Of a DNA stretch of 64,000 bases, positions 10,601 to 19,654 are shown piece after piece. Each line of letters begins with the position of its first letter. The first letter of the stretch is position 1. The stretch lies in the NCBI GenBank assembly GCA_017615795.1, contig JAFZZK010000029.1, positions 7,519-71,518 of the forward strand. The letters are read 5' to 3'. This DNA is from Bacteroidales bacterium. GTDB lineage: Bacteria > Bacteroidota > Bacteroidia > Bacteroidales > WCHB1-69. Under the pieces are notes generated by a model that saw only the letters and a list, made by a program, of their open reading frames with translations, was not told the DNA's origin and ran no database searches. The translations under genes were made by a program, and so were the position numbers.

Positions 10601-11390
10601 CCTTTGCGGCGGTAATGTAATCTCCGATGGCGGCGACCCGGTGACGGAACGCGGAATTTGCTGGGGTACCGCTCCAATGCCGTCCGTGGCGGGCTCTCAT
10701 ATTGCGGTTGGCGCCGACACAGGTGCCTTCACCATTACCCTTGCCGGTCTTCAGCCTGCCACTGCCTACTATGTGCGTGCCTATGCAGTCAACAGTATCG
10801 GTACGGCTTATGGCAATGATATCGCTTTTACCACACCGCTTTGTACGGCTATCGACACCACATTGGTGGTGGATGCTTGCGACTCATTTGTCTGGCAGGG
10901 TGAAACCTACACAAACACTGGTGATTACAGGGTGGTGCTATCCGCCGCCGATGGCTGCGACAGCATTGTCACCTTGCAGTTGACCATTCATCATCCTTCC
11001 GACACCACCATCTATATGTCCACATCGGCTCCTTACCAGTGGAACGGTACATGGTATGATACTTCAGGTGTTTACACTATAACTCTTCAGGATATGTATG
11101 GGTGCGATTCTGTTGTGACGTTGAATTTGAGTGTGGGCATCCGGGATTTGGATGGTGAAGGCGGCATCATCACCGCTTATCCCAATCCAACCACGGGTCA
11201 AGTGCTGTTAAAGACCAACACTGCCGACGGACAGGTCGCTGTCTATGATATGTATGGCAAACAGGTGGCCTTTGTGTCCGTGGTGGCAGGTTGTGCTATA
11301 ATCGACCTGAGTGGTTGTGCCAATGGTGTTTATGTGGCCCGTTTGACCAGCTCTGCCGGGTCGGCAGTCACTAAGTTGGTGAAGGAATAG
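7656..11390 (+). CDS. C10 (streptopain-like) cysteine peptidase with prodomain, two FISUMP domains, FN3-like modules and T9SS CTD
   Basis: GFVMVAADD prodomain; catalytic GCVATAMGQ, GGHAFVCDG and HFNWGW; two DxDGNVY...CPxGWHxPS...SVRCVRD units; YYVRAYA repeats; YPNPT CTD. The true start may be a downstream Met. Confidence 0.88.
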   Translation: MNKMLNMRYMKNVVLRVSLFLFLLSAGWPVLMWANPVDPADARRVAVNFYARKADIPLRSDANMEAQLVYTATFSSGRSGNDENAFYVFNIADGFVMVAADDRVRPVLAYSLDDSFYAEGMPANIRFFMGEYVREIAQILSDPLLDNSLETEWRAALSLNAGLNRNVTVISPLLTTRWNQNSYYNNMCPADTAGPNDHTYVGCVATAMGQIMRYWQYPTTGTGSHSYVANNLPVGYGDYGTLSADFANTTYQYNMMPNQLTANTSAAQVNAVAELLFHCGVSVEMMYGPLGSGAYSTDVPSALQTYFGYPYCMRVTRSGYTADAWILLIKTELDRLRPVYYNGQGDAGGHAFVCDGYDADNYFHFNWGWSGNNNGYFLLSNLNPSTYEFNSQQAAIIGVRVPQSVQACQGMDSIADIDGNVYHTVQVGQQCWLRENMRSTRYADGTPVAASVSDTSSTLPFRYAPGNDTVLVREYGYLYNWRAAMGNSSSSTSLPSGVQGICPAGWHLPSYSELRDLRNFMESQAAYHCNTSDTSTAAAMASQWGWHTSSVSCAPGNNPTANNETGLTLCPAGRFSAGNYSGLDYYCYLWSTTEYTAGKPRIVRLAYNDAEFSTAWYANNKRLGYSVRCVRDMSLSINTLSVSNVGDTTAMCGGIAMVYGSDSIVDKGVCWSSQSSFPTLSDYFVSDTSGAGTFSVTIMGLHPGTTYYVRAYAIDNHGLTAYGTVMLFTTTGQAPFQCGASTVSDYDGNVYQTIAMGSQCWTRQNIRTTHYADGSSIPLSATDNNVSPCRYLPDNDTNLVEDYGYLYNWHAVMHGDSSSVSNPSGVKGLCPDGWHIPSFVEWEQLYMTLVNTASYHCDGGDTSQARAVASTTGWNSSSVPCSPGYAPSENNSSGFSIYPAGFYASNAAYNRGYESSFWSATEFQAEKPYIAVVQYNAVEFSPYYCSNFVSPGRSVRCVRDTAVRSLPEVSTNPVSVVTMYSALCGGNVISDGGDPVTERGICWGTAPMPSVAGSHIAVGADTGAFTITLAGLQPATAYYVRAYAVNSIGTAYGNDIAFTTPLCTAIDTTLVVDACDSFVWQGETYTNTGDYRVVLSAADGCDSIVTLQLTIHHPSDTTIYMSTSAPYQWNGTWYDTSGVYTITLQDMYGCDSVVTLNLSVGIRDLDGEGGIITAYPNPTTGQVLLKTNTADGQVAVYDMYGKQVAFVSVVAGCAIIDLSGCANGVYVARLTSSAGSAVTKLVKE

Positions 11391-11407
11391 AAACGGTCTT
11401 TGCTCGA

Positions 11408-12955
11408 TTATTTCTGCAGGGGCAGGTAAATGATGAATGTGCTGCCCTTGCCCTCTTCACTCTGCACTTCTATCTTGCCTTTGTGAAGCGAAACGATTTT
11501 CTTCACATAGCCTAATCCGAGGCCATAGCCCTTGACATTGTGTACATTGCCCTTGGGAATGCGGTAGAAGTTCTCGAAAATGTTGGCGATGGCCTTCTTG
11601 GGAATGCCGATGCCCTTGTCGGTGACGGAAAGCATGAATTGCTTGCCGTTGGACTGCGTGTTGATGAGGATCTCGGGCGCGCCCTGGGAATACTTGATGC
11701 CGTTTTCCACCAAGTTGATGATGACGTTCTCCAGATGCGACTTGTCGCCGAAAAGTTCGTGTGTGTCAGCATTGAGTGCCAAGTTGAGGGTGCCCATGGA
11801 AGAGGAAATCTGCAGGGCGATGCTGTCGGCGACCTTATGGATGAGTTCGTGCATGTCGATCAGTTCCATGTTCATCTTCACCTGTCCCTTCTTGAGCTGT
11901 GCGGTTTGAAGGATGGTGGTGACCATGTTCTTGAGACGGTTGTTCTCGTCACGGATGATGCTGATGTAGGCCTCGCGCATGTCGGCATTGCTGTGCAGCG
12001 TGGAGTCGGAGAGGGCTTCGCATGCGAGTGAGATGGTGGAAATGGGTGTCTTGAACTCATGGGTCATGTTGTTGACGAACTCGTTGGTCACCTCTGACAG
12101 TTTCTTTTGGCGGTAAAGCGAATAAAGGGCCACGATGGAGATGGTGAAGGAGACCACGAGTAGGCCGAGAATGAGGATGACGATGGTGCTCATTCTCTGT
12201 AAGAAGATGCCGCGTTCGGCAGGGAAGTAGAGGATGATGTAGTGCGGGGAGCTGACTTTTTCGTTGTATTTCAGGCGGAAGACATACTCGCTTTTCAGAA
12301 TCTGTTCCGGCGTGACACTTTGGGGCTCGATGATGAAGTCGGTGGTGAAGGCGTTGTAGAGGGCAAAGTCGAACCTGGCATTGATATTCTCCTCTTGGAG
12401 GGCTGTTTCGATGATGTTGTGAAGGGTTCTCTTGCTTAGCTTTCGGATGGTGACACTGTCGAGTTGCACGAGGTTGGCGTCAGTGAAGCTGAGGTTGCGC
12501 GCGGGATTGTCCTTGGCGTTTTTCGGTGACCAGGGGTCGTTGTCAAGGGGGAAGAGGGCGCGGAATGCCTGGCTGAAATATTCCGTGTCGTTCTCCACCA
12601 TGCGGCTGTTGTTCTCCTTGACGAAAACCACAGACTTGATGACGCCCACAGGTTGGCCGGTGACCGAGTCGAGCACAAACTTGCGCGTGTGAAACTCCGA
12701 GACCACGTCCGTCAGGTCCACCGAGCCAGAAGCGATGGAGTCTTCCATCGTGATCTTGTCAATGTCTAAGGTGTCGTTGAGGATGGTGGCGTCAATGCGA
12801 TCCACGATGTCCTCGCCCGCTGTCAGCACCTCGTTGACGAAAATGCTCCGCTGCACCTTCTCGGCCTCCGTGTAGAGCCTGAAAATGGAGATTGTCAGCA
12901 AGATGGAGGTGATGCCAACAAGAAAGAACAGGGTTACGATAATTCTTTTTTTCAT
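11408..12955 (-). CDS. Sensor histidine kinase (HisKA + HATPase, RprX-like)
   Basis: Two TM segments; NMTHEFKTP H-box; NLVENGIKY, DKGIGI and GYGLGL boxes. Confidence 0.92.
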   Translation of the reverse strand: MKKRIIVTLFFLVGITSILLTISIFRLYTEAEKVQRSIFVNEVLTAGEDIVDRIDATILNDTLDIDKITMEDSIASGSVDLTDVVSEFHTRKFVLDSVTGQPVGVIKSVVFVKENNSRMVENDTEYFSQAFRALFPLDNDPWSPKNAKDNPARNLSFTDANLVQLDSVTIRKLSKRTLHNIIETALQEENINARFDFALYNAFTTDFIIEPQSVTPEQILKSEYVFRLKYNEKVSSPHYIILYFPAERGIFLQRMSTIVILILGLLVVSFTISIVALYSLYRQKKLSEVTNEFVNNMTHEFKTPISTISLACEALSDSTLHSNADMREAYISIIRDENNRLKNMVTTILQTAQLKKGQVKMNMELIDMHELIHKVADSIALQISSSMGTLNLALNADTHELFGDKSHLENVIINLVENGIKYSQGAPEILINTQSNGKQFMLSVTDKGIGIPKKAIANIFENFYRIPKGNVHNVKGYGLGLGYVKKIVSLHKGKIEVQSEEGKGSTFIIYLPLQK

Positions 12956-13929
12956 AACTGGCCTAAAAATTGCATGATGTCGATGTTGTTGTCATAGTCG
13001 AATAGCGCGGGAGTGTTTGCCTGCCCAAATGGAATCCCGGTCAGGTGCGACGAGATGTACTCCTTCCCATGGAATCCAACAGCGGGTTCTTCGCCTTTCC
13101 GATAATGTTCGTAATATACTACGGCGGTGGGAGGATTGCATTCTGCACTTTCCACAACCAGAAAGGTTCCGGAATCCATGTAAAACTGCTTGTTCATCAG
13201 TCGGATGGATTTCTGGTAATCCAAGTGGTTGAGGAATTGGTTGTGCCCTGCAATGCTTTGGCTCTCCTCGTGAAGGATGTGTATGAGGGGCGAGAAATCG
13301 TAGTCTTCGGTCACGTGCAGCTTCCGGACGGTGCGTGGCGCACGCCCGAAGTAGAGGTAAATGTCGCGTGCCAACGCCCGAAGTTCCTTTTCTGTCTCCT
13401 CTCCTGTCAGTACGGCTGCATGGCAGAGCGGTTTGCGTAACACATGGGGGAAACGCGCCAGATGTGTGGCAAGCGTCCCCTCGTCCTTATCGGGCAAGTC
13501 CGCGATGACGGCATCGAACCCGGAGAGCTTGTTGCAGAACACGACGCGCCTTGACAACGAGGGTGTCAACGCCATCAATGCCGTCACCAGCGTGGGTAGC
13601 AATATAATGTGTGAATCCGTTCGCACTAAGGCATTATGACCGCCCAGCAATACATAGAGGATGTCCCGGAATCCCGATAGGGGAGTGCGGAAATTGGGTA
13701 GAATCGCAACCGTTTGTGTTTCCGTTTTAGTGAAGGGTCTCACATGATCCGCTTCCTGTAGGAAATCTGTTATGCGTTCTAATGAGAGCATGCAGAACTC
13801 CGGCGTGAACCAGTTGTGCATCTGATATTGCCGTTCCATCGCAGGCTCGAGCGTCTGCGCTGTCCAGTTTGGATCGAGGAGGGCGTCGGCCCATCTCCGA
13901 AGGGAATCGTGTAGAGCAGGTTCGGCCAT
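12952..13929 (-). CDS. Bacteroidota LuxC-like acyl-CoA reductase homologue (divergent)
   Basis: HNWFTPE, PLSGFRD, AVLTGEE, DIYLYFG and PFGQA motifs. Start MAEPAL overlaps the malic enzyme stop (TAATG); the ORF-track extension upstream is spurious. Confidence 0.7.
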   Translation of the reverse strand: MAEPALHDSLRRWADALLDPNWTAQTLEPAMERQYQMHNWFTPEFCMLSLERITDFLQEADHVRPFTKTETQTVAILPNFRTPLSGFRDILYVLLGGHNALVRTDSHIILLPTLVTALMALTPSLSRRVVFCNKLSGFDAVIADLPDKDEGTLATHLARFPHVLRKPLCHAAVLTGEETEKELRALARDIYLYFGRAPRTVRKLHVTEDYDFSPLIHILHEESQSIAGHNQFLNHLDYQKSIRLMNKQFYMDSGTFLVVESAECNPPTAVVYYEHYRKGEEPAVGFHGKEYISSHLTGIPFGQANTPALFDYDNNIDIMQFLGQL

Positions 13930-15374
13930 TACAGTTCTGCGCACACTTGCTGGATGATTTCGTTGACTTTCTCTTCGGGGAACGGCTGGATATAGCCTTT
14001 GTCTTGAAAGAGTTCCACCAGCTCGTGAGTCTCCTGGATGTCCTTGCAGGCAATGTCGTACACCTCCTGCCAGGTGCGTGTCTTGCGGGCCACGCCGTCC
14101 TCGATGGCTTGCATGGCGACATCGGCGGCCACGTTGGGGAAGAGGTCGCTGTCCATCATGGTGGGCATGATGCGGTTTTGCGAGATGCCCTGCTTTTCGG
14201 CGAAGTCGGCGATGCTGTGGGCTGCGCGGATTGCCATGGCGTCGGTAATCTTGCTGGCCGATACTAACAGCGTGCCCTTGAGGATGGCGGGGAAACACAC
14301 TGAGTTGTTGACCTGGTTGGGGAAATCTCCGCGGCCGGTGGCCACAATGAAGGCACCGGCCTCCTTGGCTTTGTAGGGGTAGATTTCCGGTACAGGGTTC
14401 GCGCAGGCGAAGACGATGGATTTGTCGGCCATAAGACGGATCCATTCGGGTTTGATGGTGTCGGGGCCCGGTTTGGAAAGGGCAATCAGCACGTCGGCAT
14501 CCTTAAAAGCCTCCTCGGGGGTCTCTATGCAGCCGGGGTTGGTGGTCTGGCAGAGTTCCCATTTGCGGTAGAAGCGGTGGTCGTCGCGGATGTCAGTGCG
14601 GTTCTTGTGCAGGGTGCCTTTCGTGTCGAAGATGATGAGGTTCTCGGCTTTCACGCCGTCGGTGATCATCAGCCGGGCAATGGTGGTGTTGGCAGCACCG
14701 GCGCCGTATAATACGGCTTTGATGTTTTCCATCGGCTTGCCCACAATCTTCAAGGCGTTGATGAGTCCGGCCAAGGTGACACATGCCGTGCCTTGGGCGT
14801 CGTCGTGCCAGACGGGGATGACGCATTCCTCGCGCAAAGTGTCCAGAATGCGGTAGCAGTTGGGCTGGGAGATGTCTTCCAGATTGATGGCCCCAAAGCT
14901 GTGCTGCACCATCTTGACGAACTCGATGACCTTGTCGGCCTGGTGCTCGCCCTTTTCGTCGCGGCTGTCGATGCAGAGAGGGATGGAGTCCACGCCACCG
15001 AGGTATTTCATCAGCATGGCTTTGCCTTCCATCACGCCGAGTCCGCCCGGCGGGGTGCAGTCGCCGTCGCCTAGCACGCGCGTGCTGTCGCTGACCACAG
15101 CCACGAGGTTGGCGCGGTTGCTCAGGTGGAAGGAGGCGTCGTTGTCGTCGCGGATGGTGGTGGAAACAGCTGATACGCCCGGCGTGTACCAGACGTTGAA
15201 CCAGTTGAATCCGTAGATCGGTGCCTTGGGCAGCGTCTGCATCTTGCCGCCATAAAATTGATGCGCGGCAATGGACATCCTTTTATAGAAAAGCGTCTTG
15301 GCCTTGGCCTTCTGCTCTTCGGTGAAATCTTTCGGAAAGAGGGATTCGATGTTGTCAAGTGTGGGGTTATTCAT
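13929..15374 (-). CDS. NAD(P)-dependent malic enzyme without a PTA domain
   Basis: YTPGV, GVMEGKA, INLEDI, WHDDAQGT, GAGAA, ANPVPEI and PNQVNN motifs. Confidence 0.92.
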   Translation of the reverse strand: MNNPTLDNIESLFPKDFTEEQKAKAKTLFYKRMSIAAHQFYGGKMQTLPKAPIYGFNWFNVWYTPGVSAVSTTIRDDNDASFHLSNRANLVAVVSDSTRVLGDGDCTPPGGLGVMEGKAMLMKYLGGVDSIPLCIDSRDEKGEHQADKVIEFVKMVQHSFGAINLEDISQPNCYRILDTLREECVIPVWHDDAQGTACVTLAGLINALKIVGKPMENIKAVLYGAGAANTTIARLMITDGVKAENLIIFDTKGTLHKNRTDIRDDHRFYRKWELCQTTNPGCIETPEEAFKDADVLIALSKPGPDTIKPEWIRLMADKSIVFACANPVPEIYPYKAKEAGAFIVATGRGDFPNQVNNSVCFPAILKGTLLVSASKITDAMAIRAAHSIADFAEKQGISQNRIMPTMMDSDLFPNVAADVAMQAIEDGVARKTRTWQEVYDIACKDIQETHELVELFQDKGYIQPFPEEKVNEIIQQVCAEL

Positions 15375-15437
15375 CTTGTATATGTGTGTTTTTAATAAAA
15401 TGTATCAATGTTTTGTCATAAACGATGCCGGGAACGA

Positions 15438-16127
15438 TCATTTCCCAACGACATGTTTCACTCTTTTGATGGCCCGTCGCCATATCATCAGGAAGAAGAT
15501 GAAGAAGCCAAGGCCGAGGAATCCGGCTGTGGCAGGGTCGGCTTCCGCAATGACGTTTTGGGTCATCAGGATGCCGTCATAGATGCCGTGCAGGATGACG
15601 GGCACGATGTAGGCCAACAGCAGGTATGTGCTCTTTTTCCATGGCTTGAACTTGGCCATGGAGAAGAAATAGCCCATGAAGATGGCGAAGAAGAAGTGTG
15701 CAGGCACGGCGAACAGGGCACGGCCCACGGCCACGCTGACGCCACCTTGCAGCACATACATCACGTTTTCCAAACCGGCGAACCCTAATCCCACAAATGC
15801 CGCGTATTCCACACCGTCGTAGTACTCGTCGAAATACTGGCTGTTCCAAATGAATAGATAGAGGAAAAACAGTTTGCACAGCTCTTCTGGCAAGGCGGCC
15901 ATGCAAAAGGCTTGGTAAAGGGCGCTGTGCAGTTCATTGGAGAATGCCGGGCTGTAGAACAATCCAACGATAGTCAGTAACAGAATGTCTAACCCGGCAG
16001 CCAGAACGCCGCCCAGCAATGCCTTCATGAGCATGCTGAAAGGCTCTTTCTGATATTTGTCTTTTGCGTAGATATAAATCAGTAGCAAAAGAACCGGGGC
16101 AAGGGAAGCGATGAGTATGATGGACAT
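15438..16127 (-). CDS. PrsW family intramembrane protease
   Basis: DKYQKEP, PEELCK, GFAGLEN, PAH and HGIYD motifs; multiple TM segments. Confidence 0.9.
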   Translation of the reverse strand: MSIILIASLAPVLLLLIYIYAKDKYQKEPFSMLMKALLGGVLAAGLDILLLTIVGLFYSPAFSNELHSALYQAFCMAALPEELCKLFFLYLFIWNSQYFDEYYDGVEYAAFVGLGFAGLENVMYVLQGGVSVAVGRALFAVPAHFFFAIFMGYFFSMAKFKPWKKSTYLLLAYIVPVILHGIYDGILMTQNVIAEADPATAGFLGLGFFIFFLMIWRRAIKRVKHVVGK

Positions 16128-16192
16128 TGAAATGGGAATTTAGGGGTGGTAATTATGGGTTCAAGGCGTGTGAGGCTTATCTGTCGTTGACC

Positions 16193-17560
<1,368 letters not shown>

Positions 17561-17600
17561 TGTATTATATGTGATTACAAAAGTTGTTGGATAAATTTGC

Positions 17601-19514
17601 TTAATCGTAGAACCTCCATGTGATGCCGATGGAAATGTTGCGGACTTGCATCGGATAGTAGGGCGTGGTGAAATAGTGGTAGCCGAGAATGCCGTCCAAA
17701 AGGTTCCCGCCGCGCACATAGAAGGAGAGTCGTTTCACTTGTAGCGAAAGATCCATATCCCAATAGAGGAAATTGCCCACCTTCACGCTCTCCTGATGGT
17801 AGAATTGGTGGAGAAGAGGGTTGTAGGCATCTGCAAAATACAGGGTGTTGTACATCAGATCCGTGCCGATTTGGATGCGCAGGCGGTTTTTGAAAATGCG
17901 GAACTTGTAAGCGGCGCGCATCTTGCCGGTAAACAGGGGCACGGCCACAATGGAGTTGGTGGAGTGCTGCAACGACAAGTTGAGATCCATGAAGAAGTCC
18001 TTTATGCGGATAGGAGCCAGCAAGTTGAGCTGTACCAGATGAATGCCTTTGTCAACGGCCTGGGGCGTGCAGCTCTCGTCCAAATAGAGATGATGGTCTA
18101 ATAAGAAATAATTGAAACTCAACTTGTAATTGAGAATGGTCCAATAGGCGCCCAACTTCATGGTGTTTTCTTTGTGCCACTCCGAGTACCACATGTTGTG
18201 GTTGCCGATGTAGTACGAGTAGAAGTAGTCGGGCGAGACGCGATAAAAATCTGCTGTAAGACCAATGTAGTGCTGCATTTTTCGGCTGATGGCAAATGTG
18301 GCTCCAACGTGGGCGATGGCGTCGCCGCGGTTGTAGTTGTTGAAGGAATAGGCAATGTCGCCGAAAATGTCCCAAACGGAGAAAAGACGGATGCGAGTGC
18401 GGGCGAAGAGCGTGTAGTTGTTTCCCACATAAAAGGGCATGTGGGAATGCACGTATTCGTGGCGTATCCCGCCTGCGATGCGGAAGAAATAGTTCTGGTC
18501 ACTCACCCGGCTCAACGGCGAGAAGTTGGACCACTGCAGCGAGTTGACAATGCTGTAGTAGTTCAGCGTGTCGCGCGTGGTGTCCGTGTTCAGATAATAT
18601 TGGTTTTGGTAGAAATCGTTGTTGAGGTCGTGGTCGAAGAAAATGCTCTTCAGCTTTTTGAACTGGAAAGTGTGGGTTATGGTGCCGAGATTGCGCCCAC
18701 CCTTGCTTTTGATGTTGACATATTGCAGCAGTTGGGCGTCATGGGTGTTAATGGTGCTCAGGGCATTGCTGAAATAGACGGCGAATGACACAGGGTCGGT
18801 GGAGACATTCTGGTCTTCGATGATAGTGGGACGGGTGAGGAAAGTGAGGTAATCGGACAGCCCTCCATTCTCCTGGTATTTGCCGTGGTTGAAGATGTAG
18901 GAAACGATGAAACCGTAGATGTCTTTGGGGATGGAATAGTGTGCTACAGCATTGATGTCGAACAGGTTGCATGCCTGGTTCAGGAATTTTCCCGCGTTGT
19001 TGTAGCCCTCTAACGACGCATTGAACTCGAAGCGTTTGATCTTTTGGGCATGCGTGACGTGGATACGCTGGCCCTTTGCGATTTCGAATGCTGCTGAAAT
19101 ATCTGTGAAAGAGCCTTTCACGTCGTAATATCGCAAGTCGTTTTGGGTCTTGAAATAGGCTGGGTAGGGGAGGGAGATCATCGAGAATCCGACATCATGC
19201 GTATAGTCGAACACTATGGATTTGTGCGCTTGTGAATAGATGCCCAGCGTTTGGTACATGTCGGAGGTCAGGTTCAGCGGGTCAAACTCGGAGGAGTAGA
19301 AGGAGGAGGTGTCGATGGGCTTGAAGACCAGCGGCATGAAAAACGCGCCGGAGAGGTCGGCCACGCCCACGGGCATGTAGTCGGGCGAGATGGCCATGGC
19401 AGAGTCGATTTTGTGTTCCTCAGGCCTGTCGCCACTTTGTGCGTTACCCGTTTTCAATCCAATGATAAGGGTGATGCACAGAAGCAGTAAAAACATGTGT
19501 TTTCGACAGGTCAT
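17601..19514 (-). CDS. Putative porin / large outer-membrane beta-barrel
   Basis: Signal peptide; ENGGL motif; aromatic beta-strands; C-terminal GITWRFYD. Confidence 0.8.
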   Translation of the reverse strand: MTCRKHMFLLLLCITLIIGLKTGNAQSGDRPEEHKIDSAMAISPDYMPVGVADLSGAFFMPLVFKPIDTSSFYSSEFDPLNLTSDMYQTLGIYSQAHKSIVFDYTHDVGFSMISLPYPAYFKTQNDLRYYDVKGSFTDISAAFEIAKGQRIHVTHAQKIKRFEFNASLEGYNNAGKFLNQACNLFDINAVAHYSIPKDIYGFIVSYIFNHGKYQENGGLSDYLTFLTRPTIIEDQNVSTDPVSFAVYFSNALSTINTHDAQLLQYVNIKSKGGRNLGTITHTFQFKKLKSIFFDHDLNNDFYQNQYYLNTDTTRDTLNYYSIVNSLQWSNFSPLSRVSDQNYFFRIAGGIRHEYVHSHMPFYVGNNYTLFARTRIRLFSVWDIFGDIAYSFNNYNRGDAIAHVGATFAISRKMQHYIGLTADFYRVSPDYFYSYYIGNHNMWYSEWHKENTMKLGAYWTILNYKLSFNYFLLDHHLYLDESCTPQAVDKGIHLVQLNLLAPIRIKDFFMDLNLSLQHSTNSIVAVPLFTGKMRAAYKFRIFKNRLRIQIGTDLMYNTLYFADAYNPLLHQFYHQESVKVGNFLYWDMDLSLQVKRLSFYVRGGNLLDGILGYHYFTTPYYPMQVRNISIGITWRFYD

Positions 19515-19536
19515 GAAGGCTATCTCTTTAAAACGG

Positions 19537-19544
19537 CAAAAATA
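19537..19544 (-). promoter_or_regulatory. Sigma-A -7 element for the porin-fumC run
   Basis: TATTTTTG on the minus strand. Confidence 0.55.
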
Positions 19545-19571
19545 CAAAAAAAGTGGCTTGGGTTGGCAAAC

Positions 19572-19614
19572 CTGCCATTCTGTCAGTATTGTTGTCTTTG
19601 GCAATATTCTTGCT
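19572..19614 (+). promoter_or_regulatory. Sigma54-like -24/-12 promoter with upstream quasi-palindrome, before clpB
   Basis: TTGGCAATATTCTTGCT (GG-N10-GC) at 19598-19614; CTGCCA-TTC-TGTCAG at 19572-19586. Confidence 0.6.
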
Positions 19615-19654
19615 CAAAAGCGATGTTATTTGAAAAAGAAAGGAGAAAAACATA

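Noticed and set aside
13930-14445. N-terminal extension of the LuxC-like ORF
   Set aside because: Overlaps the malic enzyme in another frame; the TAATG-coupled start at 13929 is more plausible.
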